Part shown: in pieces, positions 62,427 through 64,000 of the stretch
Layout: the number at the start of each line of letters is the position of its first letter
Position numbering within the stretch: position 1 is the first letter of the stretch
Virus record (IMG/VR): IMGVR_UViG_3300005201_000042
Span: 1-64,000 of that record
Direction: 5' to 3' (one strand)
Source of the DNA: a virus
Lineage: Duplodnaviria > Caudoviricetes
Length of the DNA: 64,000 nt
Made by a program: the position numbers and the translations under genes
The notes under the pieces: generated by a model
Database searches by the model: none
Seen by the model: the letters and a program-made list of their open reading frames with translations, nothing else
What the model was told of the DNA's origin: nothing

Positions 62427-64000
62427 ATGGCATTAGAGATTGTTTATAAGTTTCACACTCCTTTAGAGAGTCACTTACTTTCAAAGCCTTTTTTTGCCAC
62501 ATCTCACGAGGGCTGGGTTTATGAGCCTACTTTCAGATCAAATGGTGGGGATATATTTCTTTCAAACCTTTCTTTTTTTTACGCTGGTCGAGAGGTTTTG
62601 GGTTATGATGACGAATTTGCTACTCAACGTCTTTTTCATGTCACCTATCCAGAAGGTCTCTCTTATTCAGATCTTTCTCCAAGTAATCCTCCTGTTGCTA
62701 TCGGGTTTTGTTTTCCTTATATGTTTGATAGAGATCAGCTAATTTCTAACTCCTTATTTTATTTGCTTAAAGAAGAAGACTTCCCTTTTAATGGTTTTAT
62801 TTTAGGCAGGCTTTATCATGATGGTTCTAAGTGGTGTTTTTCTACGGGCTGTACTGATTTTGCAGATAGGTATTTCATTGATAATAGTTTAACTAGTCTT
62901 CGGGTAGCGGAAAAGCCGCTAAGAGGTGACTCTTATACTCCTTTTTGTCCTCATTTTTTTCTTAAGCATTATAACTCTGTTACAGAGTCTTCTCTTATCC
63001 TACTTCCCCACGTTAATGGTGACTTAGTCACTACAAAGGTACTTTCTTCTGAGGGTGTTTTCCTAGAAGATCCTGTAGAGGACAATTACTATGCACTTGG
63101 TTATCGTGGGGTGGTTTCTGGGGATAAGGGCTTAGAAGATAGCTACGAGATACCATTTGAAGTTTTAGGTTCGGGGGAGACTCAAGAAGAAGCTCTAAAG
63201 GCTTGTTTAGATCCTGTGTCTGGTTTATTTAACGTGCCTATAGCTTTAGTTAAGTGGTCTTTATCAGAAAGCGAGATAATTCACTTCTCTAAGATTAATT
63301 GTCTTCCCTCTTCTCGATCAAGTTTTCTTATTGCTGTCTTAAGAGACTCCGATTTAGCAATTTCCCAAAATAAAATAGCAGAAGGTTATCCGGAGCCTTC
63401 AAAAAACAGCCTTGTGTACGTAGTTTTTACTAATGGTAATTTAAATCCTGCTATGAAGTTGAATATTCGTTTGGGGTCTTCAGGAGGTTATTTAAGGAAT
63501 GTTATTTTTAACGACACAGCCAGTAATCCAGGTTTGTTTAATCCAGGCGATGTTGTTTTATTTCATTTTGATGGCGAGTCATACACTCAATTGTTGTCAA
63601 CCAGTTTTCAAGCTCGAACTATTGCTTCAGAGGACTCAGGTAGGTTGTTAACTGGTGGTGAGGATGACGGTTCATTTGGGGAGTCTCTTCCTGTAGTTTC
63701 TAATATAGACGACAATTCTGCTGATATGGCTATCCCTAATGTTGAGGCTATTAAAAATTATATTACTGAGTTTGCTTTTAAGAAGATATATCCACCAGGT
63801 GCTATTTATATGACTACGACGCCTATTCCAGATTTAAATGATTTCTTAGGTTGTCGATGGGAGCCATGGGGACAAGGTCGTGTTCCCATTGGTGTTGGTG
63901 TTGGCGTAGCTAACTCTTCTTCTGGTCTTCACGCTATTGGGATACCTGTTGCTCCAACTATTTCAGAAGCGAATACGAGGGGTGGGGCTGCTACACATAC
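62427..64000 (+). CDS. tail fibre/baseplate gp10-like protein, runs off the window
   Basis: frame appears open to the end; IYPPGAIYMT..RWEPWGQGRVPIGVG gp10-C-like motif. Confidence 0.7.
   Translation, partial: MALEIVYKFHTPLESHLLSKPFFATSHEGWVYEPTFRSNGGDIFLSNLSFFYAGREVLGYDDEFATQRLFHVTYPEGLSYSDLSPSNPPVAIGFCFPYMFDRDQLISNSLFYLLKEEDFPFNGFILGRLYHDGSKWCFSTGCTDFADRYFIDNSLTSLRVAEKPLRGDSYTPFCPHFFLKHYNSVTESSLILLPHVNGDLVTTKVLSSEGVFLEDPVEDNYYALGYRGVVSGDKGLEDSYEIPFEVLGSGETQEEALKACLDPVSGLFNVPIALVKWSLSESEIIHFSKINCLPSSRSSFLIAVLRDSDLAISQNKIAEGYPEPSKNSLVYVVFTNGNLNPAMKLNIRLGSSGGYLRNVIFNDTASNPGLFNPGDVVLFHFDGESYTQLLSTSFQARTIASEDSGRLLTGGEDDGSFGESLPVVSNIDDNSADMAIPNVEAIKNYITEFAFKKIYPPGAIYMTTTPIPDLNDFLGCRWEPWGQGRVPIGVGVGVANSSSGLHAIGIPVAPTISEANTRGGAATH

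Noticed and set aside
2721-62742. Many minus-strand and alternate-frame ORFs in the track (e.g. 2721-3008, 12221-12619, 22917-23249, 46333-46683, 54613-54939, 62494-62742)
   Set aside because: They are shadows of longer, motif-bearing + strand genes and have no RBS or promoter support
193-64000. Alternative genetic code, inteins or group I introns
   Set aside because: Long ORFs are intact under code 11; terminase, portal and capsid show no intein- or intron-sized insertions

Overview
This 64 kb window is part of a large, AT-rich myovirus genome with T4-superfamily-like head proteins. All but one supported gene lie on the + strand. The order is: toprim primase, clamp loader and sigma-region-2-like gene; terminase; a run of very large modular proteins (probable internal head/ejection polyproteins, one with ddrB-ParB and PBECR-type nuclease domains); scaffold; portal; gp21-like prohead protease; major capsid; neck; sheath; tube; tape measure; baseplate; and the start of a fibre/gp10-like gene. 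Small early-gene islands with their own sigma70 promoters are interleaved. The most notable signals are as follows. (1) A recurrent [ILV]-x-S|[SAGM] motif delimits cargo modules in the head proteins and is a likely prohead-protease site. (2) Five copies of a conserved early promoter are read through in frame inside these proteins, and the promoter DNA itself encodes that motif. (3) A TTTATATA late-promoter motif lies exactly 5 nt before the SD-less ATG of five late genes, suggesting leaderless mRNAs. (4) There are two copies (one frameshifted) of a soluble MotA-cytoplasmic-domain mimic, which hints at a spirochaete host. All calls come from reading motifs by eye; no searches were run.
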